Program-made: the position numbers and the translations under genes
The notes under the pieces: model-generated
Seen by the model: only the letters and a program-made list of their open reading frames with translations
Database searches by the model: none
Told to the model about the DNA's origin: nothing
Shown: positions 10,704 to 23,310 of the stretch, piece by piece
Position numbering within the stretch: position 1 is the first letter of the stretch
Layout: every line of letters begins with the position of its first letter
DNA from: Lingula anatina
Taxonomy: Eukaryota; Animalia; Brachiopoda
Reading direction: 5' to 3'
Length of the DNA stretch: 64,000 nt
NCBI GenBank assembly: GCA_051362555.1
Contig: CM120648.1
Location: 19,898,587 to 19,962,586, forward strand

Positions 10704-13529
10704 CCCAGACAGCCTCAGTGATCTGGCCCACGTCTGGCCCAGATCTGGCAACGTCTGGCAATGTCTGGCAAAAGGTATGGCCCACGTATGGCTTGCCACA
10801 TGTGGGCCAGATGTGGCAATGTTTGGGCCAGATCTGGCCCAGACATTGCCACATCTGGCCCAGTCCACATTTGCTCATATGGCCAGATGTCGGCCCAGAT
10901 CTGGCAATATCTGGCAAATGTATGGCATGCCAGATGTGGGCCAGATGTGGGCCAGATCATATTCAAATGGGCCAGATTAGGGCCAGACATGGACCACATA
11001 TGGCCCAGAATGTTTTTTTTTCTTTTTTTTAATTATTTTTAATTATTCAATAAGATTACTATAAAAAAGACATACAAGATTCAAGATTCAAGTATTTATT
11101 CTGTGCTAAAACCCTAAACAAAATTATTACACATTATATAACCTTGCTGGCAACTAACATGTAACAAATTAAGGGTCACTCCTTGTCTTTTTGTACAAAA
11201 CAATGTATATTTGAAAAAAAAAAAATCTACACTGCAAAAAGGTAAATATACAGACACTTAACAGGAGGAAATGTCACTTACATACATGTAAAGAAAACAG
11301 TTATAACAACAATTTTTTTTTCAACACAAAGCTGCTCATCGAATCTGAATTAACACAAATTACAAAAATTGTAATTAATTATGCATGTACATGGGGGAGG
11401 GGTTTGAGGGGGAAATATTTTTGCACACATTGTCATTTTTAAACTAATTCAAACATATCATTAATAATAATAATCACTAATGAATATAGTTTTGTAATGA
11501 ATAAATCTTGAATAATGAATGAAAAAACATTGTTTTTTAGATGATGGTGAGTTATAACAAAATTATAAATAACCATGCAGTAACTGTAATTCAACTTGCA
11601 TGCTGGCTACAGTACTGTACATACATGTAAATTCTGAAAAAAAAATGTATACTCCAGCACAGATATAGATGTACAATTAAAAGAGAATTACATGTGCACA
11701 AAAACAAACCCCAGTATCAATGCTTTTGAATTAAATCACATCATGAATCAAATCACTCAATGAATTGAACCAGTTTGCAATGTTTGCGCTTTTTTTAAAT
11801 CCATAACACTAAGAAATGATACATCCGGCTCCTTGACAAGCTTATAATTATTAATGGAATCAACAATATGGAACAAGTAACTCTACCAAGTTAACAACAG
11901 TTCATTCAAATGTCAAGTCAAAACACAACATCCCTTCCTTTCTTGGACAGAAACGGTCCTTTCAAAACATGTTTATTGACAGTTCAGTCTTTAAAATGTC
12001 CTTTCAAACATTTGCAGAATAGCATATGAACTCCAACTTTTATTCCTTAAACCACACTGAAAATTCTCAAAACTTATCAACTCATATCAAATCCCATGTC
12101 CTTTCACTACTACTGGTCTCTTCCTTTACGTCACATTCAAATGTTCCCTTCACTTTTAAAGGTTTCTCAGATGTGTATGAATAATACTGTTTGTTTTCTA
12201 GTCCTCCACAAGAGCCACATTTATTTTTCTTGGAGTTCAGCATTCTCCATGTATTTTCATCAATGATATTACAATATGCACCTGAATCTGGTAATACACT
12301 GAGATTAACACCGCCTCTATTTCCTCCATGTCTTCTGTGTATATTGCATTGGTTCCCACACCAAATGTATATGCACTCCTGGATTATCATGTTCAAAGCT
12401 GTCATTTACATGAATAATAGTTTCAGTTTTGCAGACTTTTGCAAAGTGATCCAACGTTCCATGTTTTCTCAGTCAGGGAGTTTCTACTTCGTTTTTCATG
12501 TCTAAACTCGTAATGTTTAGACTGGCTTGGTTTGTCAAATGACTTCGGTTTCATCATACTCACAGTTTCTGGTGTTCCAATTTCATTCAAAGCGTTAACT
12601 GTCTAATGTATATTCATGTTTCTAACCTGTGTTTGGGAGAGTCCTGAAAATATCTTGTACGCCTGTCCCTGCTGAATACAACATAAGCCCGCGTCTCCTC
12701 TGTCATGTATTTTTAATTTTCTATCTTTGTTCATTATTCATGCCGTCCGTTGGTTTTGAAAAGATCAATCTTTTCCGTTAGCGAAGAGGTTAAAACTGTC
12801 TAGCCATCGAGTCGAGCGTGACCATGTCTCCGGACTTCCGTACGGTTCGAATTCCGTAATTTCACATTTTTCCTCCATTTTTTCAAAGAAAGTTGGCTCA
12901 CAGTTTTGCACTAGTGTTAATCCTCGTTGCCAGTGTTGATGCCTTCGAAATAAATCGCATCACGAATCAAATCACTCAACGAATTGTATCAGTTTGATAC
13001 GCTTGTGCTTTTTTCATATCCATAACTCTAAGAAACGCTACATCCGGGTCCTTGACCGGCTTAGCATAAAAAGCGGAATTTTACAACAGCGGAACGAGTA
13101 GTTCAAAAAAAGTTTTAAAACAGTGAATTCATTCAAATGTCAAGTCAAATTAAACAAATAGCACACTTATGAGGGGACTTTGAAGAAAAGAGAGAGAGAT
13201 AAATAAAATCAAAATTTAACAAATGATGTCAGTTTAATGCATTCAGCTCACTGGTCAATAAAAAATAAATAAATAGAAAATAAAAATTGAAAATGAAAGT
13301 ACCATATCTGGCCCAAGTCTGGGCAGCATCTGGCAAAATGTGGCATAAATGCCAGACTTTGCCAGACTTGGCCCAGATCTGGCAAGTGTCTGGCAAAATG
13401 TGGCATAAATGCCAGACTTTGCCAGACTTGGCCCAGATCTGGCAAGTGTCTGGCAAAATCTGGCCCAGATATTGCCAGACGTTGCCAGATCTGGGCCAGA
13501 CGTGGGCCAGATTACTGAGGCTGTCTGGG
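10704..13529. mobile_element. CACTA/EnSpm-like non-autonomous element (CCC...GGG, 2-bp TSD AT)
   Basis: TIRs cccagacagcctcagt / actgaggctgtctggg, AT on both sides, arrays of 11-bp subterminal repeats (atctggcccag-type). Confidence 0.85.
11737..13150 (-). mobile_element. Deleted Gypsy-type LTR retrotransposon remnant inside the CACTA element
   Basis: Diverged direct repeats about 11737-11922 and 12955-13150; PBS-like tggcaacgagg (minus, 12922-12932); gag-like RRRGLMLYSAGTGVQDIF; protease-like VLPDSGAYCNII in ORF 12082-12405. Confidence 0.7.
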
Positions 13530-13833
13530 ATCATGGTGTGTTTGTAATAAAACGAACATCGTGAAAGCCAAATGGCTTTTAGGTTTCAAAGACTAACATA
13601 CTTTTTGGTGATATCTCAATATATTTATCAGTGACACAAAGATGATACAATTGATACTTGAACCTTTTGGTTCAAAACAGGTGTTGTCAAACAAACTTTT
13701 CGGTCACATTTTATTATGTTTATCTATTTCACTGCAATATATTTTTCTACTAAAATGAAGCTTTTCACTCGTTTCTGTTCATTGCATGTATTTGTATTTA
13801 TATGAGAGATGTACGGTACACTGAATAGTTATA

Positions 13834-16021
13834 CAACATTGGTCAAAAAGGTTGTCCCACCCCTATTTCCATGTACTTTAAAAACCAACCCCATAAAAAC
13901 CTGGGCCAAATCCCCCATCTTGTTTAAGAAGAATTGGACAAGTCTTTTCAATTTTATAGACATTTCTTTACATCTGTAGAAATCACAGTGAAACAGTCGA
14001 ATCGAGGGGTACCTCTTATAAATTTAACTAAATGGTATAAAATGTGTATATTTTCACCACTGTTTTGTTTTTATGTACAGACACAGATGTGTCTGTACAT
14101 ATTGCCATCACCTGCGTCTGTCGTCGCCGATGGCGATGCCGATGGCGATGCCGATGGCGATGGCGATGCCGGCGCCTTGCACTTTCCTTGTGAACACAAT
14201 AAGTGGAGGGCAGTTTTACTTTTTGGCTTTATATTTACAGAGCTGATGAATATTCATAAAACGCAGGTCAAGTTCGAAAATCAGCATGATCGGGCCATTA
14301 TTGTAGAAGTTATGCTGTTTTTTCACTTTTCAGCATATATGCAACACTGTAAACACATTTCAACAAAAACCGATAGGCCTGTTGTCATGAAACTCACAGG
14401 AAAAATTGATCTTACTAAAACGCAGGTCATGTTCAAAAATTGGCATGATCGGGCCACTATTTTAGTAGTTATGCTTTTTTTTCTTTTTTCAGCATATATG
14501 CAACACTGTAAACACAATATAAGAAAAACAGATAGGCCAATTGTCATTTAACTCACAGGAGTGGTCAATCCTGCTAAAACGCAGGTTAAGTTCAAAAATC
14601 AGCATAATCAGGCCATTAATTTAGAAGTTATGCTGTTTTTTACATTTCCTTAGATTCAATTCTTAGGCATGTTAACAGTTTCATTATTTAATTAATAAGA
14701 TATGTAAAAGTGTTTTTTTGACATTTCCTGCATCTTTACAACATTGTTAGTTGATTTTGTAAAAATGATGTTAAACTTGTTATTGTGTATTGTGTAATAA
14801 AGTTTCAAAAATGGAAATAAACTCATATCATTGCAGTTTGTCAGATTGAATCATTCACTATGTTCAGAATCTCAGAATGGAAGAAATTGGACATTTAACA
14901 CTATTCTATTGATATTTTTCCCATCTCATCAATTTTCTTAGTTGGTCATATAAAAATGGCAGTAAACTGTTAATTTTGTTTTATGTTAAAAAAGTGTTAA
15001 AAATGGAAATAAACCCATTTCAGAAAAGTGCTGTCTTGTTTACATTTTGGCATTTTCAAGTTGTGGCTTTGAAGTTCCATGGGCCTGAAGACCTTTGCTA
15101 GTCACATTTTCTGAATATCCATGATACTAATATTTTATTCTTAAAAATTGATGGTCATTATGTTGTTAAACATTATGTAATATTGCATCAAAATTTGAAA
15201 AAACCTATTTTGAGCACTGCTCCCATGATGACCATTTGAGAAAAACCATGTCACTTACTGTTCTCAAACAGTACAGTAAATATGTACAGATGTGTCTGTA
15301 CATATTGCCATCACCTGCGTCTGTCGTCGCCGTCATCGCCGTTGCCGGCACCTTGCACTTTCATTGTAAACACGATAAGCGGAAGGCAGTTTTACTTTTG
15401 GGCTTTATATTTAAAGAGCTGATGAATATTCATAAAACGCAGGTCAAGTTCGAAAATCAGCATGATTGGGCCATTATTGTAGAAGTTATGCTTTTTTCAA
15501 CATATATGCAACACTGTAAACACATTTCAAGGAAAACCAATAGGCCTGTTGTCGTGAAACTCTAAGGAGTAATCCATCTTACTAAAATGGAGGTCAAGTT
15601 CGAAAATCGGCATGCAGCCTGAGTTGGAAAAGCAGTCTAATTGGCTTCTTATTCTGGAAGTTATACATTTTCAAAGTGTGAACTTGAACTCTCATGGGCC
15701 TGAAGCCTTATGCTTGTTACACATTTTACTTTCATTGGTATTACCTGTTGAGCATAATTAAAATTTGATGTTGAATTTACAGTTTAACATAATGTACTTT
15801 TGCATCAGAATTGACAGTAGCCTATTTTGTGCATAGTAATTTCCTGCTTTTTGTCTGTACATTTGACAGCTTTGCTGCCTTGTTTTTTTTAACCATGAAT
15901 CATCTTAGACACGGTATCCGTAATAAAAAGCACTATTTCTAACAGTTCACAGCTGTGAGGTGATCATTTGTAAATAAAAGTACATGGAAATGGGGGTGGG
16001 ACAACCTTTTGACCAATGTTG
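13834..16021. mobile_element. Tc1/mariner-type non-autonomous element (TA TSD) hosting HINE A
   Basis: ta-caacattggtcaaaaaggttgtcccacccc...ggggtgggacaaccttttgaccaatgttg-ta. Confidence 0.8.
14068..15883 (+). mobile_element. HINE family A (head-to-tail double copy), 159-bp tandem core
   Basis: 5' hairpin tatgtacagacaca-ga-tgtgtctgtacata, gccgat/gtcgcc microsatellite, 159-bp units (14261, 14420, 14579), second head at about 15281, 3' gtctgtacat + cagc-ttt-gctg stem, T-rich flanks. Confidence 0.8.
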
Positions 16022-16248
16022 TATACAAACAGACATGGCGTACAATCTACAAATAAACCACCATATGTCCGTCCTCGGTGGCTACTGCCTTTCACATTCT
16101 CTGTTAGCGTCAAGTATGAATTGATGCTTTACGCTGTCGTTGATAACCCAATTCCGTACGTACCACGTCTCTGCAGTCATTGCATGCTATTTCGTTTGAA
16201 GTACACTATGTTTTTATGTCACTTCTTCTTTTATTTTAATGTGTAAAG

Positions 16249-16468
16249 GATATGAAGGAAGAAATAAAACAAGAAAGTCAAAGAGACGATCACAAGATCT
16301 ACGATTCTTTCATCTTGTTTCTACTGAGCCATGGTACCGAGGGTGCTGTTTATGGAACGGATGGCTATCCTTTACCCTTCAAATATATCAAAGCCATTTT
16401 GAATAACAGGAACTGTCTTGGCCTGTCGGGCAAACCGAAAATGATATTTATTCAGGCTTGCCAGGGAA
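16249..16468 (+). CDS. Roc-COR-caspase gene, caspase catalytic exon
   Basis: aag acceptor (phase 0), gaa/gtaagt donor (phase 1); DSFILFLLSHGTEGAVYGTDG...NCLGLSGKPKMIFIQACQG with catalytic His and Cys. Confidence 0.95.
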
Positions 16469-16731
16469 GTAAGTTATGGAATGTATTACACAAGCTTGAA
16501 TACCTGCGATGAAAATAACATGCAAAATTATTAAACAAATGTATTGAGATATTAAACTGTATTAACAGTTTGTCTCCTTTAAATTATATTCAGCCACACG
16601 AAATGAATGACACTTAGTATTATGTAATTGTTTAATTAGTTAATACTGATATCAATTCTAACTTATATGTAAACATGTAATCCACATAAGGGTGTATGGG
16701 GTATTTCATTTTTTTTTCCATATTCGCCCAG

Positions 16732-16902
16732 AGATGTTGGACAGTGGGACACTGCTGGATGGACAAACAGTTCAACAACCACAGCAAGCACCACCTGCAG
16801 CAAACCTTGGCGATGAGGTATCCGATGCGCCACACGAGATTCCAAAGCCATCCAATGATCCGACGATGTCCGATTTTCTCGAAGTCCATGCGACTTCACC
16901 AG
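16732..16902 (+). CDS. Roc-COR-caspase gene, inter-subunit linker and p10 start
   Basis: T-tract + cccag acceptor, cag/gtactt donor, phase 1-1; ...LLDG...DEVSDA...PTMSDFLEVHATSP. Confidence 0.88.
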
Positions 16903-18118
16903 GTACTTTAACCGTGTTTCTTTGTATGCCATTTTACTTAGGCCTTACAAATGTGTATTTCATCAGAAAAAAAAATCAAAATGATAAGGTGCACGTGGTG
17001 ATGCTGGGATTATGGCATTTTGCCTCAGGTAGAAGATGGTGTGCATTTTGTGGTCTTTCGACATATTGTGGAGAACTGTATTATACGTGTATACTTTAAA
17101 ATGCTCACTACATTACTGCACCAGTAAATACTGAAAATGGTGCATGTATTTTTATACAGTATCAAATAAAATATATGTGCCAAATTTAATTAAAATTTAC
17201 GTACATTTTTGCCATAATGCTTTTAAAAATGCGTTCAAGATCACTACGAAAAACGAAAGTGTGTCGAGACGTTACCTAATTGTATTTGGGAAGCTGTCAG
17301 ACGATTTCTTTCAAAAAAAGACTTTGTAGCTTATGCAAATGTTGAGAAAAAAACATGCCGATTATGGAAAATTCAATTATCAAAATTTAAACTACGTAAT
17401 TCGACAGATTTTAATTTAATTTAATTTAAAAATCGCTATCGTGTATTTCTGACATTGAATTCTCAGTGTGCACAAAGTGTAGGCATCGAAGGCATTCATG
17501 AATGTCGACACGTTTGATTCTTTGAATCAGACGCTTCATGTTACTTGATAGCGCAGAGGCATGCCAGGGAAAACAGAGGAAGAAAAACAAGTTCTGGTTT
17601 TTCTTGATTGAAGGCTTCGATTCGTTGAAGGGCAATTCTGTATAGCCTGGTTTCCAAAGATCGTGTGGCAGGCATATCAGCAAAACAAAATGCATCGCCA
17701 AGGACCCGAATGCCATGGCAAAATGTTTTAAGTTTACTTTGTTATTTTGATACAAATAAGCTTCCGGTTGACATAGATTTGACTGGTCTCCAACTTTCCA
17801 TGCTGCACTGTGCCTGACCGAAAAAAAAAAAAAAAAAGCCTTAAAATGAGTAGTGATTCAGTGTTCCAATGATGCCTGCGATGGCTAGAAATGTGACCCG
17901 TATTATTGGCCTTTTGGAGATCATTTCAGGTCGGTTCACTGTAACACTATCGGCAAATATACTTTACTAATAGTTCCTCGATCTATGCGATTTATGAAAT
18001 TTGCTTTTCCGCACTCTCAGTGAGACTAAGTACTGTTATATTAACAAAATAAAAATAAACAGTACTGTTGCATCTACGAGTAAATAATACGTTAAGGCTT
18101 CAGTATTTTCTGTTTCAG

Positions 18119-18228
18119 ATTACGTATCTTGGCGACACCCGGGAAAGGGAACATGGTTTGTTCAATCCATTGTCGATACATTTTATCGTGAAGCACACAA
18201 ATATGACGTTTTACAAATGTTGGTGAAT
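18119..18228 (+). CDS. Roc-COR-caspase gene, caspase p10 exon
   Basis: ttttctgtttcag acceptor, aat/gtaagt donor; DYVSWRHPGKGTWFVQSIVDTFYREAHKYDVLQMLVN (absent from the ORF track). Confidence 0.92.
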
Positions 18229-18450
18229 GTAAGTACTGTAATAACATGAACTACATTATTTTACATTGAAAGTGTGTTAAATTCATAAGAACACCAATCA
18301 AATATAAAACATAGCTACCAGAAGAAGTGACATGTCGTAAGAGGTGACTTATGTAAATACAGTCCAACATGCACAGACTTTTTAAGAACCAGCGAAATGC
18401 TCTTCTGTATATTTTGACAGTTTAATCAGAACTGTTCAATTCATGTAATA

Positions 18451-19623
18451 TTTTTATGTACAGACACAGATGTGTCTGTACATATTGCCATCACCTGCGT
18501 CTGTCGTCGCCGTCGCCGTCGCCGATCATGTCGCCGTCGCCGTGCACTTTCAGCGTTAACACCATAAGTGGAAGACAGTTTTACTTTTTGGCTTTATATT
18601 TACAGAGCTGATGAATATTCATAAAACACAGGTCAAGTTCGAAAATCAGCATGATCGGGCCATTATTGTAGAATTTATGCTGTTTTTTCACTTTTCAGCA
18701 TATATGCAACACTGTTAACACATTTCAAGGAAAACTGATAGGCCTGTTGTCATGAAACTCTAAGGAGTAATCAATCTTACTAAAAAGCAGATCAAGTTCG
18801 AAAATCGGCATGATCGGGCCACTATTTTAGTAGTTATGCTGTTTTTTCACTTTTCAGCATATATGCAACACTGTTAACACATTTCAAGGAAAACCCATAG
18901 GCCTGTTGTAATGAAACTCACAGGAGTAATCAATCTTACTAAAACGCAGGTCAAGTTCGAAAATCAGCATAATCGGACCATTATTTTATAAGTTATGCTG
19001 TTTTTTCACATTTCCTCAGATTCAATTCTTAGGCATGTTAACAGTCTCATTATTTAATTAATAAGATATGTAAAAGTGTTTGTTTGACATTTCCTGCATC
19101 TTTACAACATTGTTAGTTGATTACGTAAAAATGATGGTAAACTTGTAATCGTGTATTGTGTAATAAGGTGTCAAAAATGGAAATAAACTCATATCATTGC
19201 AGTTTGTAAGATTCAATCATTCACTATGTTCAGAAACTCAGAATGGAGGAAATTGGACATTTGACACTGTTGATATTTTTCACATCTCATCAATTTTCTT
19301 AGTTGATCATATAAAAATGGCAGTAAACTGTTAATTTTGTTTTATGTTAAAAAAGTGTTAAAAATGGAAATAATCCCATTTCAGAATAGTGCTGTCTTGT
19401 TCTTATTCTGGCACTTTCAAAGTGTGAACTCTCATGGGCCTGAAGCCTTATGCTTGTTTCACATTTTACTTACATTGGTATTACCTGTTGAGCATAACTA
19501 AAATTTGATGTTGAATTTGCAGGTAAGCATAATGTACTTTTGTATCAGAATTGACAGTAGCCTATTTTGTGCATTGTTATTTTCTGCTTTTTGTCTGTAC
19601 ATTTGACAGCTTTGCTGCCTTGT
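18451..19623 (+). mobile_element. HINE family A, complete copy
   Basis: Both diagnostic ends present; 159-bp core units. Confidence 0.8.
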
Positions 19624-19633
19624 ATTTCACCAG

Positions 19634-19736
19634 GTCAATCACGCGATCTCTCAAAAGCAAACAACAATGGGCAATAAACAGGCACCAGAGATAGTTACCA
19701 GCTTACGAAAGAAAGTTTTCTTCAACATAACTCCAG
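19634..19736 (+). CDS. Roc-COR-caspase gene, caspase p10 final exon
   Basis: ttcaccag acceptor (phase 0), cag/gtaagc donor (phase 1); VNHAISQKQTTMGNKQAPEIVTSLRKKVFF fits the caspase KQ.P...S.L.K...F tail. Confidence 0.92.
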
Positions 19737-20870
19737 GTAAGCAAAAAGAATCACATCTTCCCTAGGTGTATTCGGCCGAATAATAAAGACTATTGAACGC
19801 CATTCACGCAAAAAATGCAGAAGTCAATTCAACATTCTATCTGCACTATTTAACAGCCAAAACCTACTTCAACTATCTAAAGTTAATTCTACTAAATTAG
19901 TTTTTGTCATTTTAATCATTCGTCAAAATCTAACAATCAATAAACGATTCAAAAGTCAGTTACTGCAACTCAACAATCAGTCACCGCAACTCAACAATGT
20001 ATTTTTGCGTGAATGGCGTGAATGCATGGAACGCCATTCACGCAAAAATTCAGAAGTCAATTCAACAATCTACCGGCACTATTTAACAGCCAAAACCTAC
20101 TTTAACTATCTAAACTTACTTCTACTAAATTAGTTGTGGTCATTTTAATCATTCGTCAAAATCTAACAGTCAATAAACGATTCAAAAGTCAGTTACCGCA
20201 ACTCAACAATGCATTTTTTGCGTGAATGGCGCGAATGCATGGTGCGCCATTCACGCAAAAAATGCAGACGTCAACTCAACAATCAGTTGCCGTAACTCGA
20301 CAATCAGTTGTCGCAAACGGTCATTCGCAGACTTAACACCAGATGGCGTGCGCGCACCGTCAGCGATCTGAAACGTCCTTGACCTTTTCCATGTTTTCAA
20401 TTCCGCATATTATGCGCGTACATGTGGTTCATCGTGTTCGTATTGTCATGATATAGTTAAGTATATAATAGTATGATGTGATTGAACGCAATGCTACTAT
20501 TATATACTATTATATAGTTAAGTATATAATAGTAGCATTGCGTTCAATCACATCATACTGAAATTAGATATGGCAATGAACCACATGTAGTTCCTACTCG
20601 CATAATATGCGGAATAGCACAGGTCTCAAACTACTGCGCATGCGCGAAAAGTACGCTGTTTGAAATAAACAAATGCATTTATTTTCTCTTCACAAATAGG
20701 GTAATTCCTTTCGCATTTATAGTGTTATATGTGGCACCAAGGGGATTTTCCACCCCTCCCCCACTCTTGATTAATAAAATTATCCATCGGGAGAAAAGAA
20801 AATTATATTGCAAAATACATTAAAAAGCGTAGAAAGGTTAATTGCAGATAATGCTGTGAGGATATTCTAG

Positions 20871-22645
20871 GGGGTCATGCTGATACTCCCCCGCACCTTA
20901 ACTCCCCCGTACAAATACTCCCCCGCACCGATACTTCTCCTTAGTAAATTTTTGCATTATGCACATCGATACGACCTCACACCAATAGATCCCCGCATCG
21001 ATAAATCCCCTCTAAAATTGCCGTTATACACACCTCGCAACGATACTCTCAGCATTATTACTCCCCCTATGCAATTTCCACGAAACTGAGGGTCTGGGTA
21101 ACGGAGAGTCATCCCTTTATTTAATTATAGGCCTACAGGTTAGGGTCAATCGACGTAAGTGGGTCAAAATCTAGGGCGGGGCTGAATTACCTATGCAAAT
21201 TGATGGGAACTGGACTGTCTATCATGGGAGAGTCTGTCACCTTGCATCAATTTTTTTCACATATAGATTTGAAAAATTGGTCAACGACTTGGAAGCACGG
21301 CCTACATTGTATAAGAAATACTTTTTTCAAATGGAAAAACGCTTTGGATATTGGTGAGATAAGTAAAAAAAAAAATGACCACAGGGAGATCCTTGGTGAT
21401 GTTGTTTTTATGCTATTGCACAGTGCATACAACTCTTAATTGCTTACAATTGAACATCGATATTGTACAAAAGAAGCCGCAAAGTTCCTAAAAAATCTTG
21501 GGCGACAACACATTAGTCTCGGTCACAACCGGCCGCACGGGCTCTTACGACCCGTTTGAGTCCAAATTTTGCGGAGAATCTCACGTGCCAAGCAAGTCCT
21601 GTATGCGAAATTACGAGTTCGTATGCACGTATGTAAGCACGTATGGAGGATACTAAACATTTCCAATAGATTCTACAAATAATCTTTGTTACGCTTTATT
21701 CTACAAATAATCTCAAGTTACGCTTGCGGCCTCGCTGTTTAAATAATCTTTAAACAGCGAGGCCGCAAGCGTCACTTGCTCCCTTCGCAAGGAGTTTGCA
21801 AGTGAGACTTGCGTGGTCCAAGATGCACGTCGCAAGCAATGAAAGAGAAAGTGCCCTTTGCGTGTTGAGTACTGCGCACGCCCTCACATCTATGACGAAT
21901 TAAGTCGAAAACACGGCGGGACTGGGAGAATAATAGTTGTGCTCACGACGCATGCTCGTATCTCTACAATTTCGTTGTCCAACAATTTTCAAAAATTTTG
22001 AATTTTGCTCAATTCAGATTCTAATGTGCCTCCAAAAGACAAGGGAAAGAAATTTAAGAGCAGAAAAGAAGGTTGGAGGAAGATAACAGAAAACGAAGCG
22101 CTTTAGCACTGCTTTTTTATTATTTAATAATTTAACAAAACCATCGTTGCCTGAAGAAAAGACATAGCTGCGTCATCTTAGATTAAAACTAACTTTGCCT
22201 TAAGTAAATAAATATAAGGGCATATAATATAAATATGGTAACTACAGTAGGAGAACAATATTAATTTTGCACAAACATTACTCAGCTGTAGGCCTACGTA
22301 CTGTTAAGCTGCACGCAAAGTCTGAGATCGACTTCGAGTAACGCCCTTTATTTTCCCCAATATATTTCGAATAAAATGTGTCAATTATGTGTCCCAAGAG
22401 GGTGGTGCATCTTTAAAAAAAAGTAGCATAATATAAAGGGTTTTGAATCACGATTTGTGTTTACAAAGCCCAGGGAATCTTTGCTTTGGGGGAGTAGTGT
22501 TTTTGCAGAGTATTGGTAGGCGGGAGCATCAGTGGGGGGAAGTATCGATGCGAGGATGTAAAGAAGCGGGGGAGTATCGGTGCGGGGGAGTATTGGTGCG
22601 GTGATGTAAAGAAGCGCGGGAGTATCGGTGCGGGGACATATAGGC
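20871..22645. mobile_element. Nested element with repetitive TIRs (atactcccccgcaccg units)
   Basis: Units inverted at the two ends; attctag duplicated at 20864-70 and 22646-52; related short copy at about 60549-60781. Confidence 0.65.
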
Positions 22646-23087
22646 ATTCTAGACGGGGGCGAACTCGGCCAACATAAAAATTTTAACTTTGTCTTACGAT
22701 TTTGGAGCGCCTGTTCTAATTTTTAAAAGCGAGGCAATGGAACCAAACAATACGAATCTCAAAAAAATTGATATTTTTTAATAGAGGTTATAGCCGGGCG
22801 TACATCAAAAGGCGGCTCGTTTATTATTGTGATATGTAATAATAATTTATGTAAAAGATACGATATAATAGGTTCTTGTCGATTAGCTTTATTGATTTTT
22901 TAAGTATTTGGAGACTAAAAACACAATTTAAGCTGAATGGTTTCAAATCGAGGCACCACGTATTTTAATACTGTTAAAACCATGTAAAAGGTCAAGGACG
23001 TTTCAGATCGCTGACGGTGCGTGCGCGCCATCTGGTGTTAAGTCCGCGAATGACCGTTTGCGACAACTGATTGTTGAGTTGCTGTAA

Positions 23088-23310
23088 AGCCCCCTTTACA
23101 CTGGACGGCGTCCTTTCTGCGTCCAGCAGTCCGGTCCCATTTGAGAGTTAAAAAATTATAATATTATACATGTCGACAACTGGCCGATCATTGAGCATTC
23201 ATTCTGATACAAAATTAATGCTCGTGCCTCCTTTTTAAGACCACAGCGATGCCAAATTTCATGGTCGCAGAAAGGAAGCAGAAAGGACGCCGTCCAGTGT
23301 AAAGGGGGTA
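23088..23310. mobile_element. PIF/Harbinger-type MITE (TAA TSD)
   Basis: cccctttacactggacggcgtcc ... ggacgccgtccagtgtaaagggg; TAA both sides; second copy at 37725-37936. Confidence 0.85.

Noticed and set aside
10648-11042. Overlapping W/P/G-rich ORFs (also 13229-13547, 26229-26618, 30941-31404)
   Set aside because: Translations of stop-poor 11-bp or 17-bp subterminal TE repeats.
13934-14551. Apparent multicopy protein family (QMCLYILPSPASVV...; also 15236, 40266, 41873)
   Set aside because: Translations of non-coding HINE A; frames are not conserved between copies.
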